Of a stretch of 64,000 bases of DNA, positions 1 to 13,600 are shown one piece after another. A program made the translations under genes and the position numbers. Under the pieces are notes generated by a model that was given only the letters and a program-made list of their open reading frames with translations, searched no databases and was not told the origin of the DNA. This stretch comes from Balanoglossus misakiensis (taxonomy: Eukaryota; Animalia; Hemichordata): the NCBI GenBank assembly GCA_040954595.2, contig CM082589.2, positions 1,528,009 through 1,592,008 of the forward strand. Reading direction: 5' to 3'. Position 1 is the stretch's first letter. Each line of letters begins with the position of its first letter.

Positions 1-1191
1 TGTGTTTCTGGAAGTGCCTATGGCTCTTGCTTGCGTGGATGTGTACTGTCATTAATATACTTCCTGAAATCTCTCTAAATTCTCCAGCAAGAGTGTACTG
101 AGTTATGTAATGGTATACACCGAATGTGTCTTTCTCTATGTATTCAGATTAAGGGGCAGACCCCCAGGAACTGAATAGCTGTTAGCTGCACACTTCAGAA
201 AAAGGGTAGAGAGAGTATATAACGACTGGGAAAAAGTCCAAGAAGACTTATCGGAAGAAGACCGGACTTGTGTGAGTCACATTTTCGATGAAATTCGGCA
301 TTGTTAGGTCTTCTGGAAATTTTGTCGTGACGTCTGAAAAAGCTGGAAGTTAGGTGTGTAGAATTGACAAGGAAAAATCAGTCCTGTTTTTTTAAATTAT
401 TTCCTTATGATTTTGCATGAGTATTCCTCAGTGGAATGGCCTCATTTATTTGATACAGTCAGAGACAAAAAATGGTAACATTTGGAGAAAACTTGTTAAA
501 AAATAAAATCTTGTAAGTTTGCTAAAGATGGACATAAAAAGGGGACTCCAATCACAAAAACTGAATAGTTTCATTAAATTCAAAGACCTAACTAACCAAG
601 CATAATGTTGAATCAGCACTTTCCCATACAGTTTTCGTATGTAAGAAATATCTTAATAGCGCATTTTTGATGGCTATTTAAATTTTCCTTTTTGACAGAC
701 GATTTTGTCATGGAAGAATACTATATATGATATGCAGGAACTAGTTGGCACATTTGTCCTATTTCGAAATTTATCTGCCGTTTCCAAACTTATATTCTAG
801 TGACTGAAAAACATGTAGTTGAACTTGCACCACCTGACATTGATAAACAGAATGTCTGCATCTTCTTCATGTGACCACTCAAAGAATGGGTGTAAGGTTT
901 ATTTCCCATTTATCAGTATTGGTCATATTTTGTGGCCCAGCGAAACATGTAACTGGTACATTAGCTAAATGATACAATTTTCATGTACAAATTCCGTGCA
1001 TAACATAAACTTGAACATGCGATATATCAAAATCCTAGAGATATCAGGAATAGACCCTCCCCGGCAATATCTTGACTTAAACTTTATAAAGCTCTAAATT
1101 ATGACCAGGATTCACACCCACATTTAGTATAATGATCGTTTAAAATATAGAAAGATCAGTTAGAGTGAATGATAGTTGTAGCATCGCTTAC

Positions 1192-1255
1192 CTTTTTCAT
1201 GCAGAATCAGGAGGCTGCAAAAAGCCAGAAAAACGAAACCACTTCTTCTGAACAT
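1192..1255 (-). CDS. Probable first coding exon (signal peptide) of a secreted or membrane protein gene running off the left edge
   Basis: ATG at 1255 reads MFRRSGFVFLAFCSLLILHEK, followed by a strong phase-1 donor G|GTAAGC. GC-box (GGGCGGGG) upstream at ~1388-1395. No downstream exon could be confidently joined within the window. Confidence 0.45.
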
Positions 1256-3295
1256 CTTCAACACGACGAACTAAACCACAAACGATGACAGCTCTAGTTT
1301 TATATGATGATATTTCCGAAGTTTCCAACTTTTCTGGTGTGCTCATTTGCATGCAAGGTTATTTACATGCATAATCTTTCCTTGAGAGGGCGGGGCAACG
1401 GAAATGAAAGAGTGGCTTCCCGGAAAAAAGCCAATACTATAAAGTCACGAGCCGAGCTTGGAGAGATTCTGATTTTAATACGGGAAATTGAAACTTCCGC
1501 CTGAGAGAAAATTTGATTCTTGTCACCGAGGTTGGCCTTGGTACCCAGACATATGCGTCTACTTTTTTTTTGCAATAGGTGTGATCCTTATAAAGTTTTC
1601 TTTAAAAAATTGAAGAAATGGTTGATAAAGTTTGAAACATGGAGACTTTCATTGTATAACCGAAGAAACATTTGCTACGCCCAGAACGTCTTGTATTTCA
1701 CGAACCTTAAATTTACAAACCACTGCATGTAATAATCTATTGACAACTGGGGTTTGTGTGCTTTTTGACAAGTTTTAGCCATTTTGGATTGTACTCGTAT
1801 ACTAAAATTGTATTGTAATTTGTTGCATAGTAATTACCATCCTGTCATTCATGTCCATCTGGCTGGCTCTCAAACCAACAAATCATGACCATGCATGCAC
1901 CTGCTGTATATCTTAATCTACCAATAGGGTCGCTTGGCACTCACACCTGTTACACCTTTGCCAGTCACTCTGTCCTCTAGACGCCAAAATGCAAAGCAGC
2001 ATTTTCATTTCAAGCCTACAGCCAGAACAAGAACATGGTACTGAAGTTTCTCTGTATTTCAGGTTAGTACAGTTAATATCAGGTTCATGTATGAGGTAAC
2101 GAGTTTCACAGCCTAGAGTATACAATCATGTACGGTACTTCACAAATTTTCTGCGTAAGGTTTCATGCATGAAGATTCCAAATAATTCAAGAGCCTGTCT
2201 TGCCACAACGAATGCAATTTACTCTTCAAACTTTCCAGACTTTAATCGTTGTTTTCATGTGCAGTCAACAAAACGGACGCACTCCCCCGCCTGGCCATGT
2301 CGATTTTGTAGTCACCTAGGGAGTTATTTACGCAAGTTTCCTTGGTGAAAACTAGCCATATTTGGCGATTACGATCAACGACTCCCAAGAAAAGCAAACA
2401 CATGTATTTGCAAACGTGATGATCTATTCCCCTAGGGATTTAATGATTGAAATTATCAGGCTGATAATCTCCACACAGACTTCAAGGTGTCACAAACCCG
2501 GACAAATAATAGTTGAGGTTAAATAAAACCACTGACTTTATTTTTTAATCATCACCGTTGTCAGAATCTAAGTAAAAATACACATCTCAAGTTACTTAGT
2601 TGCATTCTGTACAAAGTTGAATCCGCCATCAGCCATACAAAATTCCATGAATTTTGAGAAATGTTTTCCAGTAATTTTTCAGTAGTTTTGAGGTCAATTT
2701 TTGTTCAGGATTGCATTGGCATCAGCATATTATGCTAACATACATGCGAATGACTTTAATCACTTTCTCAAGACTTGTGTGGAGTACATTTCAATTTCCC
2801 CTGGACTTTCCTGGAGAGTATAAACCCCCTCCTTAGTTTGAATTACCTAATACAAATTTTTAAAATGCCAGATACACAAACTCAGTCCAAGGCATTTGTG
2901 TAGTAACCATCATATGGTCATATCTGCTTTCTACAACTTCATCAAATCCATCAAACATGAGTATGAATGTCTAATTAAATACTTAATCCACTGTAAAGTA
3001 ACTGGACACAATTATAATAAATATTAAAACTTCCCTGATTAAGACCAAAACCTATGAAGCTTGAGGACACTGACAGAGCATATAAGACTAAGATTTGATC
3101 TACCTATATGAAGTGTTTTACAAGCATTCTATGATCTGACCCTTTGGCACAAAACAGATTCCTCAATCTACAATTAAACCTTTTCCTAGTTTCATATTGT
3201 TCAAGTTCATGTCCATTTGTTTTGTATCACACAAAGTGTTCTCACTATCCAGGCGTTGTAATCATGTTCTGTCATTGTTCCAAGTTGTGTCCGAT

Positions 3296-4887
3296 TCAAC
3301 CTGCAAAGCTGTTTCCTGGAAGGCCTTTCACTCCGAGGCCAGTAACTTTGAATAACGAGCCAGCTAGGGGTTCTTCTTCCAACTGCTCCTTTGTGAAGAA
3401 TTGATTGGTCGATGTGATGAATAACTCGCTGTAGTCAGGGCCACCAAAACAGCATGATGTTGGACATGATACTGGTAAATCTAAAACCTGGATTATTTCA
3501 CCTGTAATCAGGAAAATGGATACTGTGAATAGCCAGCACTTGCATTCGAAGTTATGGAATTGTAATATTAGCAAAGCCTATGGAGTATTAACTATTTCCA
3601 ACAAAAATTTATACACATGGTAACACACCAGAATCCGGGTCAATTCTGAGCAGTCCGTTTCCATGGTAATGAGCAATCCATAATTTTCCTTCTTCGTCAA
3701 TACACATTCCATCCGGATAACCTTTGTCTTCGGGTGTCTTAAATATTGCCCTGCGATTGCCTGAAACGTTGAATGATTTTAAGACAGTGGGTATAAAGTT
3801 ACAAACAAGTACAGATGGGTTAATCTGGATTTGTTTGTGCTGTTGTGGTTCCAATTTTGGCACTCACCAAACACTGAACAGAGTGTGCTAGCGCCATCAA
3901 CGGCCATTTTAACAGATCTTAACCAACAAAGACAGCAAACGTAAAACTCACTGAGATGTCCTTCCTCCAAATCAAAATCAAATGCGTCCACTTGTTTGGT
4001 AGGAGTGTCAATATAATACATGGTTTTATTGTCTAAGCTCCAAGCAATACCATTCGAGATGTTGACTTTATTTACATGACATCTCACGTTGTGTTTTTCA
4101 TCCAGTGAATATAGAGTTCCTTGTTCTGGTTCTACTTTGGTAGGAACTGGTTCTGGACCCATGGTACCTACAAATAAATGTGATGTTATGTTCTTGACAT
4201 TTTTAACGCTTTCAAGCCAAAGTTCTTGGTACTATAACTACAATAATATACATAGGTGTTTAGGCCCGAGTATACCTAATTCCTATACATATTTCAGAAA
4301 CTACCCCGTACCTGCCCAGTATCTGCCCACTGCATCACATTTCCCATCATTCATTCTGCTGCTTGAGATATGCTTGTCCACTCTGGCCAGAGATGTCCAT
4401 TCTCCGCTGTCGAAGTCCAGGGATGCATAATGGTTGTCAACGGTTACAGCAAGACCACCTTGTTGCCTGGTGACAACAGAAGTGACAGCTTCCACTGCGA
4501 CATGAAATGAAAATGTCATAAAAACAACAAACAAACAAATTAATGTTTCAGTGGGCAGAAAAACAACATATAATTTACCAATAGAAACTAAATTATTGAA
4601 CATACCACAGGTAATGCTTTCTAACAAATGCAGGCTTAACAAATTATAAGAAGATGTCAAAAATTATAATACATTCTGCAACATAGAGCAAACCTAATAT
4701 ACCGGTATGTCATAAGAAACCAGTTACCGTTTTGTAGAAATACTTTCTTGTGCTCCTTTGTAGCTGGTGTCCACCGGTGCACGTAAGGTTTTTTGATATC
4801 AATGAAGTAAAGTGATTGTGTTTTTTCATCCCAGTGAGGTCCCTCTAATAAAACGCCAATTCTTTCGAGTTCCACTGATACAGACAT
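3296..4887 (-). CDS. RGN: Regucalcin / SMP-30 gluconolactonase, 5 coding exons, 298 aa
   Basis: Exons 4887-4728, 4494-4312, 4167-3952, 3760-3629, 3501-3296, all GT-AG, total 897 nt in frame. Motifs LEGPHWD, RMNDGKCD..GRYWAGTM, ISNGIAWS, YPDGMCID.EG.LW, TSCCFGG.DY and a C-terminal F.G are diagnostic of the SMP-30/gluconolactonase family. Confidence 0.95.
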
Positions 4888-6015
4888 CTTTCTAAACTGA
4901 ATTATAAGTAGACATAAACCGATATACATGTGTATTTAAATACTGGATGTCTATAATTAATACTGCTGAGCCATCTTTGTTAAAAACAGCCCCACTGTTA
5001 TATATGGTGGGATTGTCTAAGAGTACTTAGTACCTCCATGGTACAAGCAAAATTATTGAACGTATAAACCAGGAAGAGATAGGGGGCGTGGCTCCCTTGA
5101 AGTTTAACAGCAAGTACACGTTGTGCGCATAATATTAGTTGCAGTACAAAGTATTCGGTATACAAACTCACTGTACAAACCTATTTTCCAGATGAATGAC
5201 TTTTTAAATGATGGTATAGTCGTGATAGGTGTTGCACAGTCGTTACCTTGGGATGGTCTACATGTACACGTAGCGTCAAGGTAATTTACAGCACAGCTGG
5301 TCCACCATAATAAATAGCGCCACCATATGGTAGTATTGGCTATTTCAGTCTTTTTTTTTTTAAAGTTGCAGGTTCATATGATATGGAAGTGTCAGTTCGA
5401 AGCTGAGGTTTCACATTTTTGCTTTTCTTCATTGCGAATAGCTGGGTCAAAATTGATTCCAGATTGACCATATGCAAAGTGTCATCTTGTGGTGAATAAT
5501 ACTCTGTAACCATGGCAATTCAAGTTTAATAATGAGATGGTGCTCTCCTAATATTGTACATGTGTCATGAACATGCCATCTTGTTTTAAGAATACATGTT
5601 TGATCATTTAGGCAATTTTAATCATGGGACATTCAAACTGGAATCTTGGCAAGGGAGAAATAATAAATTTTACACGAATGCTATGAATTGTTAAGGTTGA
5701 AAATATCTTCCTTTTTATTGAAGCAGGCATACATTTACATGTATATCAAAAATACAGCACAGACGAAAATAAATACTTTGTGGTCATACAATGTACTTCT
5801 CAGCCCAATTGATAATAATCTATTCCCTTCCATAATTGATAAACTTGATTGACTAAATGACTTTATAAATATAAGAAGTAAAATCCCAGTTATATTTATT
5901 GTGACAAAATGTACTCCCTGACATGTACTCTACAGTATTTTTAAAGAAGAAAATGTTCGTATAATAATGGGTTAACAGTTATTTCACTTTTAAAATGAAT
6001 CATATCCGCGACTTC

Positions 6016-7691
6016 TCAGGCCAGCTTCTTCTTGCTTGGATTGTAGACAATAATACACACCACCAGAACCACATTCAACACAGTTGCGACAGTGTAGTTC
6101 AACATCACTGAAAACAAAAAACATAGCAAAATGTCAAAATTACATCATTTTTGCTTCATATTTTGAAGCAGCTTTTGGGTTTAAAATCAGGAAATCAGTT
6201 GACCACAAAATTCTCCAGTTATTCAAATCAATGAAATCATTTGGCCTGAACAACTTAGAAACATGCTGCAGAAGTACTTACATGAAAGGTCCCCTGTTTG
6301 TATGTACGTTGTTATAACACGACCTGGGAATGAAAATAAAACCAGATTAAAATGTGCAGTGGGATTTGCAGTGGATTATCAAAGTAGCTAGTTCTCTAAT
6401 TGCACTTTGGTCTGGTAGTTCCTTAGGTCAATTTGAATTCTCAACTGTCCACAAAAGTGAATCTTAACTCTAACCTGCAGCAGCATATGCAGATGCCAAC
6501 CAGGTCATCAGGCTGACCTGACCCGAGTCTTTGCTTGAGATGATTTTCTGGATTTGTAAGGATTTACTGCTTGCAGAGCATGGTGTTACAAGACTCTGTG
6601 GTAAAAAAGTGAAAAGTGAGAGGTATAACTTGATGAAGTTCTTCAAAGCCATTTTGAACCAGTTTTACAGATGTTGCGTGGTGCATAAAACCATTGTCAT
6701 GTAAAAACTTTAATGATTCACAAAAAAGTACTAAAATCAATAAATTCCTTATTTTGATTTAAAAGCTGAGAATTCCTAGAAAAATCTTACCATCATCCCC
6801 GCCAGTACCCACATTGGTAACATCTCTACAGCTACAGATCCAATAAATGCTAGATAGCTATGACGATGTCAAAGGAAATATATTTTTCTGACTATGGCAC
6901 ACACATCAGTCAGGGCCCCATAGAATATCTACAGGTACATGCTGCCCAACCGTTTTAGTTGTACAGTTAAATGTTTGAATTGTGTGATAGAAACATAAAA
7001 TTTATCTTGACTGGCCTAAAGGATACAGAGAACCCCAGAGGAAGATGGTTACCATGGGAACATTCTGATAAAACAACAGCATCATCACAAGGATGAATTC
7101 TGAAAGAAACAATATAAAGATCCTTGATTATGTTTTAAAATTATTTCCAAATTATATTGGTCATACTTACTACTTGCATTTTATAAACTTCTGTGTGAAA
7201 ATCTACTAATTCTACTATTACCATTTTCATGCAAATTGCTGTCTAGTGGAAAATACCTACCCTGTATATTGAGAAAGATCCATTCTGCATAAGACACGAT
7301 GGGATAGTGATTGGCGTACTGATATACAAGTAGTACAGAAAAGCTGAAAAACAGAGCCAGTCAGATGAAGTGAACTCTTGCAGTATATGGGAATGTTATA
7401 AATATAACTCTTTGGCTATTTTGAGGTCAACAATCGTGTACATGTAACAGCCATACGAACATAGATCTCATCTAAAACTTACCAAGCCCATTCGAGAAAT
7501 ACACTAGCATTGCTGACTCCTTTGGTACTCTTGCTTTGCCAAATTCGCCATATCTGGGGAACTTTAATCACAATGCAAGGCAAAACGCATGAAATGTTGA
7601 GAACTTGAAGTAACACGCCCCCTACCTCCGAACCAACCATTCTGGCTGTGAACTTTGACCTCGTCAGCAAGTCTCGCAAATAGCGAGACAT
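6016..7691 (-). CDS. SLC66A3: PQ-loop membrane protein SLC66A3/PQLC3, 7 exons (start 7691 or 7640)
   Basis: Exons 7691(7640)-7483, 7343-7261, 7099-7027, 6857-6791, 6595-6475, 6323-6282, 6107-6016 join in frame. First PQ loop IKVPQI..SKSTKGVS, second repeat SK.LQI..SKDSGQVS..TW, hydrophobic segments, and a C-terminal KKKLA* resembling an ER-retrieval signal. Confidence 0.88.
6858..7026 (-). other. U12-type (minor spliceosome) GT-AG intron in SLC66A3
   Basis: The 5' splice site is |GTATCCTTT. A branch-point-like TTTCCTTTGAC lies ~12 nt before the AG with no polypyrimidine tract. This junction is needed to keep the frame (phase 2). Confidence 0.85.
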
Positions 7692-10600
7692 TATGAGATC
7701 TCACTTGAAATCCGTGGTCATCCAAGATCAACATCACCAGTGACTAGCAGCCGAGGATTGGGGTTATACGTGATATCAACGGACGCTTGCGACTGCAGTC
7801 ACTGTCAAGGTAGGAAAGACAATTTAGTACATGGCGAATATATTGTTTATCATCCAGCAAATTCATTGTTTTGTCTGACTTGGTGTTAATGCGAAACACG
7901 AGCGAACATTTGGCGACGACAAGACAGTGATGTTGTTATGAGATGAGGATGAAAGATGAACGAATTGATAGGTTACATAATATGACAACCATCCAATATG
8001 AATCAGTCTCGTCGACACGAAGCAAGAAAATGGGTTTCGTTTTGATGTGAACTGTTGTAAAATTCCATTTTAAGGCTTTCATTATGGATCAAAATATGAC
8101 CGCTATTGTTTATGTTTATAATGGGATTTTACGAGTACGTGTGCGACGTGATTTCGGGTACATTGTATCTGGTAATGTTGCTTGACAATGACAGTAGTTC
8201 GCAAAAATGGTACAGTTTAGCATTTACGTACGACCATGGATAGAGAATGAACGATATTTGTGATGAATTTCCATTTATTGAATTGCAGCTTTCAGAAAAA
8301 TAGTGAATTATTCAAAATAATTCAAAAATTAGAAAAAAATAGATATATGAAAGAAGCAAATAAAATGTGTTAATTTAAAGGTCAGGACATGTAACACTAC
8401 AGCAAAAGAAATACTACAACTTAGTACAAGCACATGCACACACTTGGGTATAAGAATCTAAGTTGACCACCTCAGCTCTTCTGAGTACTGAAGTAGTTAA
8501 TTGCCATCAGTGTGGCGTTAATGTGATGTGTTTCCCAAGTTATGGAGAATCTAGAAGCATAAGTTAGGTTTTATATCATTTTAATATCTGTAGAGTTGAT
8601 TGGGAGATATGCGTATCTTTCAGCAATGCACATAAGGACAGTATGTCCATATTTTGTGTACAAACCCCACTTGACCTCTAACCTCTTGGTTTATGCAGGT
8701 ATATTCAGTATTTTGATATAGGTTTTTATGTACTTTTATAACAAACCATATTGCGCTGCCATAAAGTATATTTGCTCACTGAAATAAAATATCATTAAAT
8801 TGGAGTGTGTAATAGACTGTTTGCTACATGCATACCTTGGTCTAGGGTAGCAATGGTCTTTGACTGGCCTAGGTGTTTGTTCGTGCTTGGGTTGGCGAAG
8901 ACTTCATTGCTGCATGAAGCTTAGGGTCAGCGTGGTCACAATTTGGAGTTGGCTATAATCATTTGTAAATGCCAGAGACTTCCTGTGACCTCAGCTGATA
9001 GCTTCTGAGACAACTGGTTTCTACTTCTGATTGTAAAAGTCAGTAAATTGTAAACTAGGTCATTTTGCAGAGAATTGTGCTATTCTTTGGATAGGTAGAG
9101 AAAATCTGCCTACGCCAGACAAAAGGTATCCCTATTAACCAGATTGTCCACTCTGTGAGAAACAGAAAATTCACCAAGTAGAATAACAAGCAGGAATTTT
9201 GTGTATGTATAATGTTTGTTTTTGAAGGCGGAATGTTGAAGTTAAAATTGCCAGTTGTCATGACCTTTAAAATGGAGATTGTATAGTGATTACGAAAAAT
9301 AGCACTATCTATCACTGGAGAAGACTTCAGATAGATTGTAAGATTAGAAGATAAAATGAGGAAATAAAAGCATGAAAAATATCTACCGGTACTTCAGAAT
9401 TGCTAAGTAGTTATTGGAATTTTTAACTCCGTATGTATGATCTTGATCTTGAGAACCTAAAAGAATGCTTTGTACTATATTTTCCCCCTTTAATTCTAGA
9501 CCAGAGACATAATTTTCCATTGTCTGTCGGTCTTGATCAAAATTTTAGAAAAATAAATTTTTGGTAAATCATATGAGGTTAATTTTGTGAAAGATGACGT
9601 TGAAAGAGCCTGTTGCACTTCAGAAAATAGGGAAATGATCAATGTTTTATTGATAGTATCAAAAAACATCTGTTTCTGTGTATTATATTGTTTCATGGCC
9701 GAGATTTCCATGTAGTGTTGCTGTGAACAGCATGTGGTTTCAAAATTTGCATAATTGCACATTTGTATAGAACGTTGAATTTTTGTGTTTGTGAGGTTAC
9801 TGTACTTACTGTAGTTTTTAGTGCAGCTAGCAAACGTGATCAATTTCTTTGATATACCCATGTTCATTTCATTTGCTCACAATCAGTCAAGTGAGGGTTT
9901 CAGATCTGACTTGTGTTTGATCTGGACTGTATGCCAGACCGTTTTTTCCCTAACATACAGGACAAATGAACTTTAAAATGTATACCCAAAATAGACTGTC
10001 AATGTGATTGATGGGAGCGTAATAAAATGATATGCACAGCTGTTGTAGCAATCATAAACCTGCTTCTATAACAACCACTGACGCTTTTGATGATCAAAAT
10101 GCTTTTTGTTATTTTTCGTCCATATATGCTTGGGCTTTTGCATCTCAACTGAGACAGTCTGTGATATTTTCAACCCTTTTCACCACATACAAATTTGACT
10201 GGATTCAGCTAGCGTCTGGGAAGTTATAAATTTCACCCTATCAAGGTCTGCCTATTTACTATTCTCCCACAAGGATAGCCGACAGCTGGTTTAGCGCTTA
10301 AAAAAAAACCTGAAGAAAGGAACTTGGAAACAAACAGTCAATTCTCGACACAAATGCTAGTTTCTGAAATGTAGTTCGATCACCCCACAGATTGCCTGTG
10401 GTGTCAATAATTTCCCCACTGCAAGATGAAGTTGTTTAATGTCTACACTTTTCACCAGACAGCCAAATGCAGAGGACTGCTCACGAAACCAGATATAACA
10501 AACTTAATTTCACCCTTGACGAATTTCTCAACTCGTCTGTAACTAGAAAATCTCCGGCAAGACAGACTTGTCATTTGTGTCAGCAAACGTTCAACTATTG

Positions 10601-13600
10601 ACTTTTCCGACTTGTAATCTCAGAGATGACTATGCGTAGAAATGAAAGCAATTATCCATCTACCAGTGGCGGGAATATGACAACTGAAGACACACTGCAT
10701 AAGGCATATTTTTCAGTTCTTTCCATCACTTCCTTTTCCCAGCGACATCAACATTTCTTACACAGGTAAACTCACCATTATGCAAATTACGATCATATTA
10801 GGTTATGCAATTTTGAACCTTATTTATATCCCATATTAAAAATCTTGCTAATTCAATTAGTCATTTCTGAATGTACATTTAATTGATTAATTAAAGCAAA
10901 GCTACTGTAGGATACCTATTGAATATTTATAAGATGATATTGTTAGATTTTAACTAATATTAATTGTAACATTACTTGAACTGTACTTTTCTCCTGTATT
11001 GGGAGTATGGAAGGAATATGCATGTATTTTCTGTCAAAAAAAGTCTATGACCGCATATGACCTGCATTCCTCATTTGACCCAACAATTCAGCTTAAATCT
11101 CTGCAATCTGTTTTCCATGACGCACTCTACCTTGGCAAATACCAGACAGCTGATAACTTCAGACGGATCCCTAAAATTAAATTAGCCTTCACATTGTAAA
11201 CGAGATTTGGAGAGTGTCTTGTTGATTTTCAGTTGTTTGTTGAAAATAATTTGGATACAGTGGTTCACTGTAAAGGAACAGCCAATGCAGATGGGAGGTT
11301 ATAGTGGACCATCAGATGAAATGCTACAAAATGGAGTCTGAAAACAAAAATAACACAAATCAAAACAACACAAAACAAAACACAGTACAGGGACATGACA
11401 GCTGCCCAAACCTTATAATTTGCTGGTTGCGATGAGTTCCCAATGTATGCACAGAATGGGTTGCAGGTTCCAGATGCAGGTTGCAGGTTCACAGACTGCT
11501 TGCTTAGAACTCTAAGGCATCTGGTGTCACTCTTGCTGGTCAAATCACTCTCCACGCTGTTTCACCGACCAGACCTGGTGGACATTGTCTCTCTGCTGCT
11601 GCTTCCTGCTGGCTGTCCTATCAGTTTCCCCCAGAAGAATAGCCACAAGGCTTTTATACCACTTCCCAGGTGCACAGGTGTGCATAGTTTCTTATGTAAT
11701 CAATATGGTAATTTTTCCCTGGCTATTGTTTGCTGCACCCCACTGTCTATTGATCTAGTTCTTGGCCTGAATATTCATGAGGTGAGTGCACATTTGACAG
11801 TGTCGATTATGTAATTACTGGCAAGTTGTGTGTTTGACCCAGGATGCATCATACCAGTCACATGATTAGTTCTGCATAAATGCATGTCATCAATACCCAT
11901 GACCCATATGTGACCTTTACATCCTGGCATTTTGTTATTTAAATATGAGTTTATCATTTTTACAACACAATTCTGTGATTTTTCTATTAAAAACAAATTC
12001 TGTTTAGACTTGGTTTTCAGTCTTGTTAAACAGACATTTTAATTTTAGTAGCAATTAAAACGAGCTCATCAATGTGATTCCCTGTAAACACTCTTTGAAC
12101 AATACAATGTCCCTTTACACAGACTCTGGTAACCATGGTTACATACAAACATCGCAACCTTGAAGCACCATTTGCTGTACCTTTCAGTTTTTTTTTTTTT
12201 GCAGGACGCTTTTGTGAATCATCTACACTTTCTTGTTCTACAACTATCACCCATCACTATTGAATCAAGGGTAGAATAAAAATTTGTCGCACGCATGACA
12301 TATCATATTTGCAGATATGATAAAAGATTCCACATCAGAAACTTTTCTCATTTTATGTCTGTTTCTATCCTCTTATCGATAATATATCAGTGCTTTCTTA
12401 TTTTCCTCATTAGGAAACCCGAATGGACACCTGATCCATATTTATCAAACATAATATTTATATTGCTGACGTGATCGAGTAATTGAAAATGTGTTGTCAC
12501 AAGGGAGTGTAAATGTCTAAGTGGAGACGAGTTTTATCTTGCAAAGTGATTTTGTGTCATGCACGTAATTTCTGTCGACTAATCAATTAAAAAGATGGGA
12601 GTAGTTGGATGAGACACTTTGTGTTGTGAACTTCAGGTGTGGTAAATAACCATGAATTCATGGTTGGATTGCCAGACTCATTTGTTAAATAGAGACAATT
12701 ATTAGTCAATATATTTGAAGTATAGATATCTGTAAATATTCTTGAGAAAGAAACGTGGGCAAAGGTCTTAAATATAATTGTTTTTCAAAATGTAAAAGTT
12801 TCTTTTTTTTGCCCTGGAATATTGCTGACTGAATCATGTCTGATTGCAGATTCTGATATATATTTAATGGTTTTGCCAGAGCCTGTCTGGAGCCGTGTTC
12901 ACCCCAAGTGGTTTGCACATGGTCTGTTTAAAGCCCGGACCGTCTCGTAATTTTAAAGAAAATAATCTTCGGCAGTCGATAAGAAAGCTAGCAGAGGCTT
13001 AGTTTGATTGCAATGCCAAACTTGTAAACCCTCAATCAATCATCTCCATATGGCATGTGAATGTTTGGAGGGGCTGAGAGTCTGTCGAGGGAATGAAGCA
13101 AATTTCTTGTGAATCAGAAACTCAGCTGACAGAAAGAAAATGGGTGGTTGCTGGGCACAGAATAATGAGACATTGTAAATACATGTATATTTATACTTCA
13201 AAAACTTTCACTTTTCTTATTATTGCTGGCAAGTTGCCTATATTCTGCACACCACTCATCAAATCACCAATCAGTGACTGCCTGTCAAATTGATAACACC
13301 CATATGCCAAAGGAGTAATATGGATTGAATAAATTGAAAGGTAATTTTAACCCAGTTCTGATGTGATATAGAATTATTTGACAAAAAATATAAATATTAC
13401 AGAAGACCGGCACTTTAAAGTTCAAGGTCCAGGGAAGGGAACAAAGTGTAGGAATTGAAAAGGTTTAAAAAACTGCTTTAAAAAGTGTGTCAGTATGAAC
13501 TGAAATGTGACATATGTTCGGCAGTAGAATGGTGGTGATAGGCGGAAATGGTACCCACTCAACTATACCCAGTGCGGTCTGATTGCTCGTCACTGAAACC

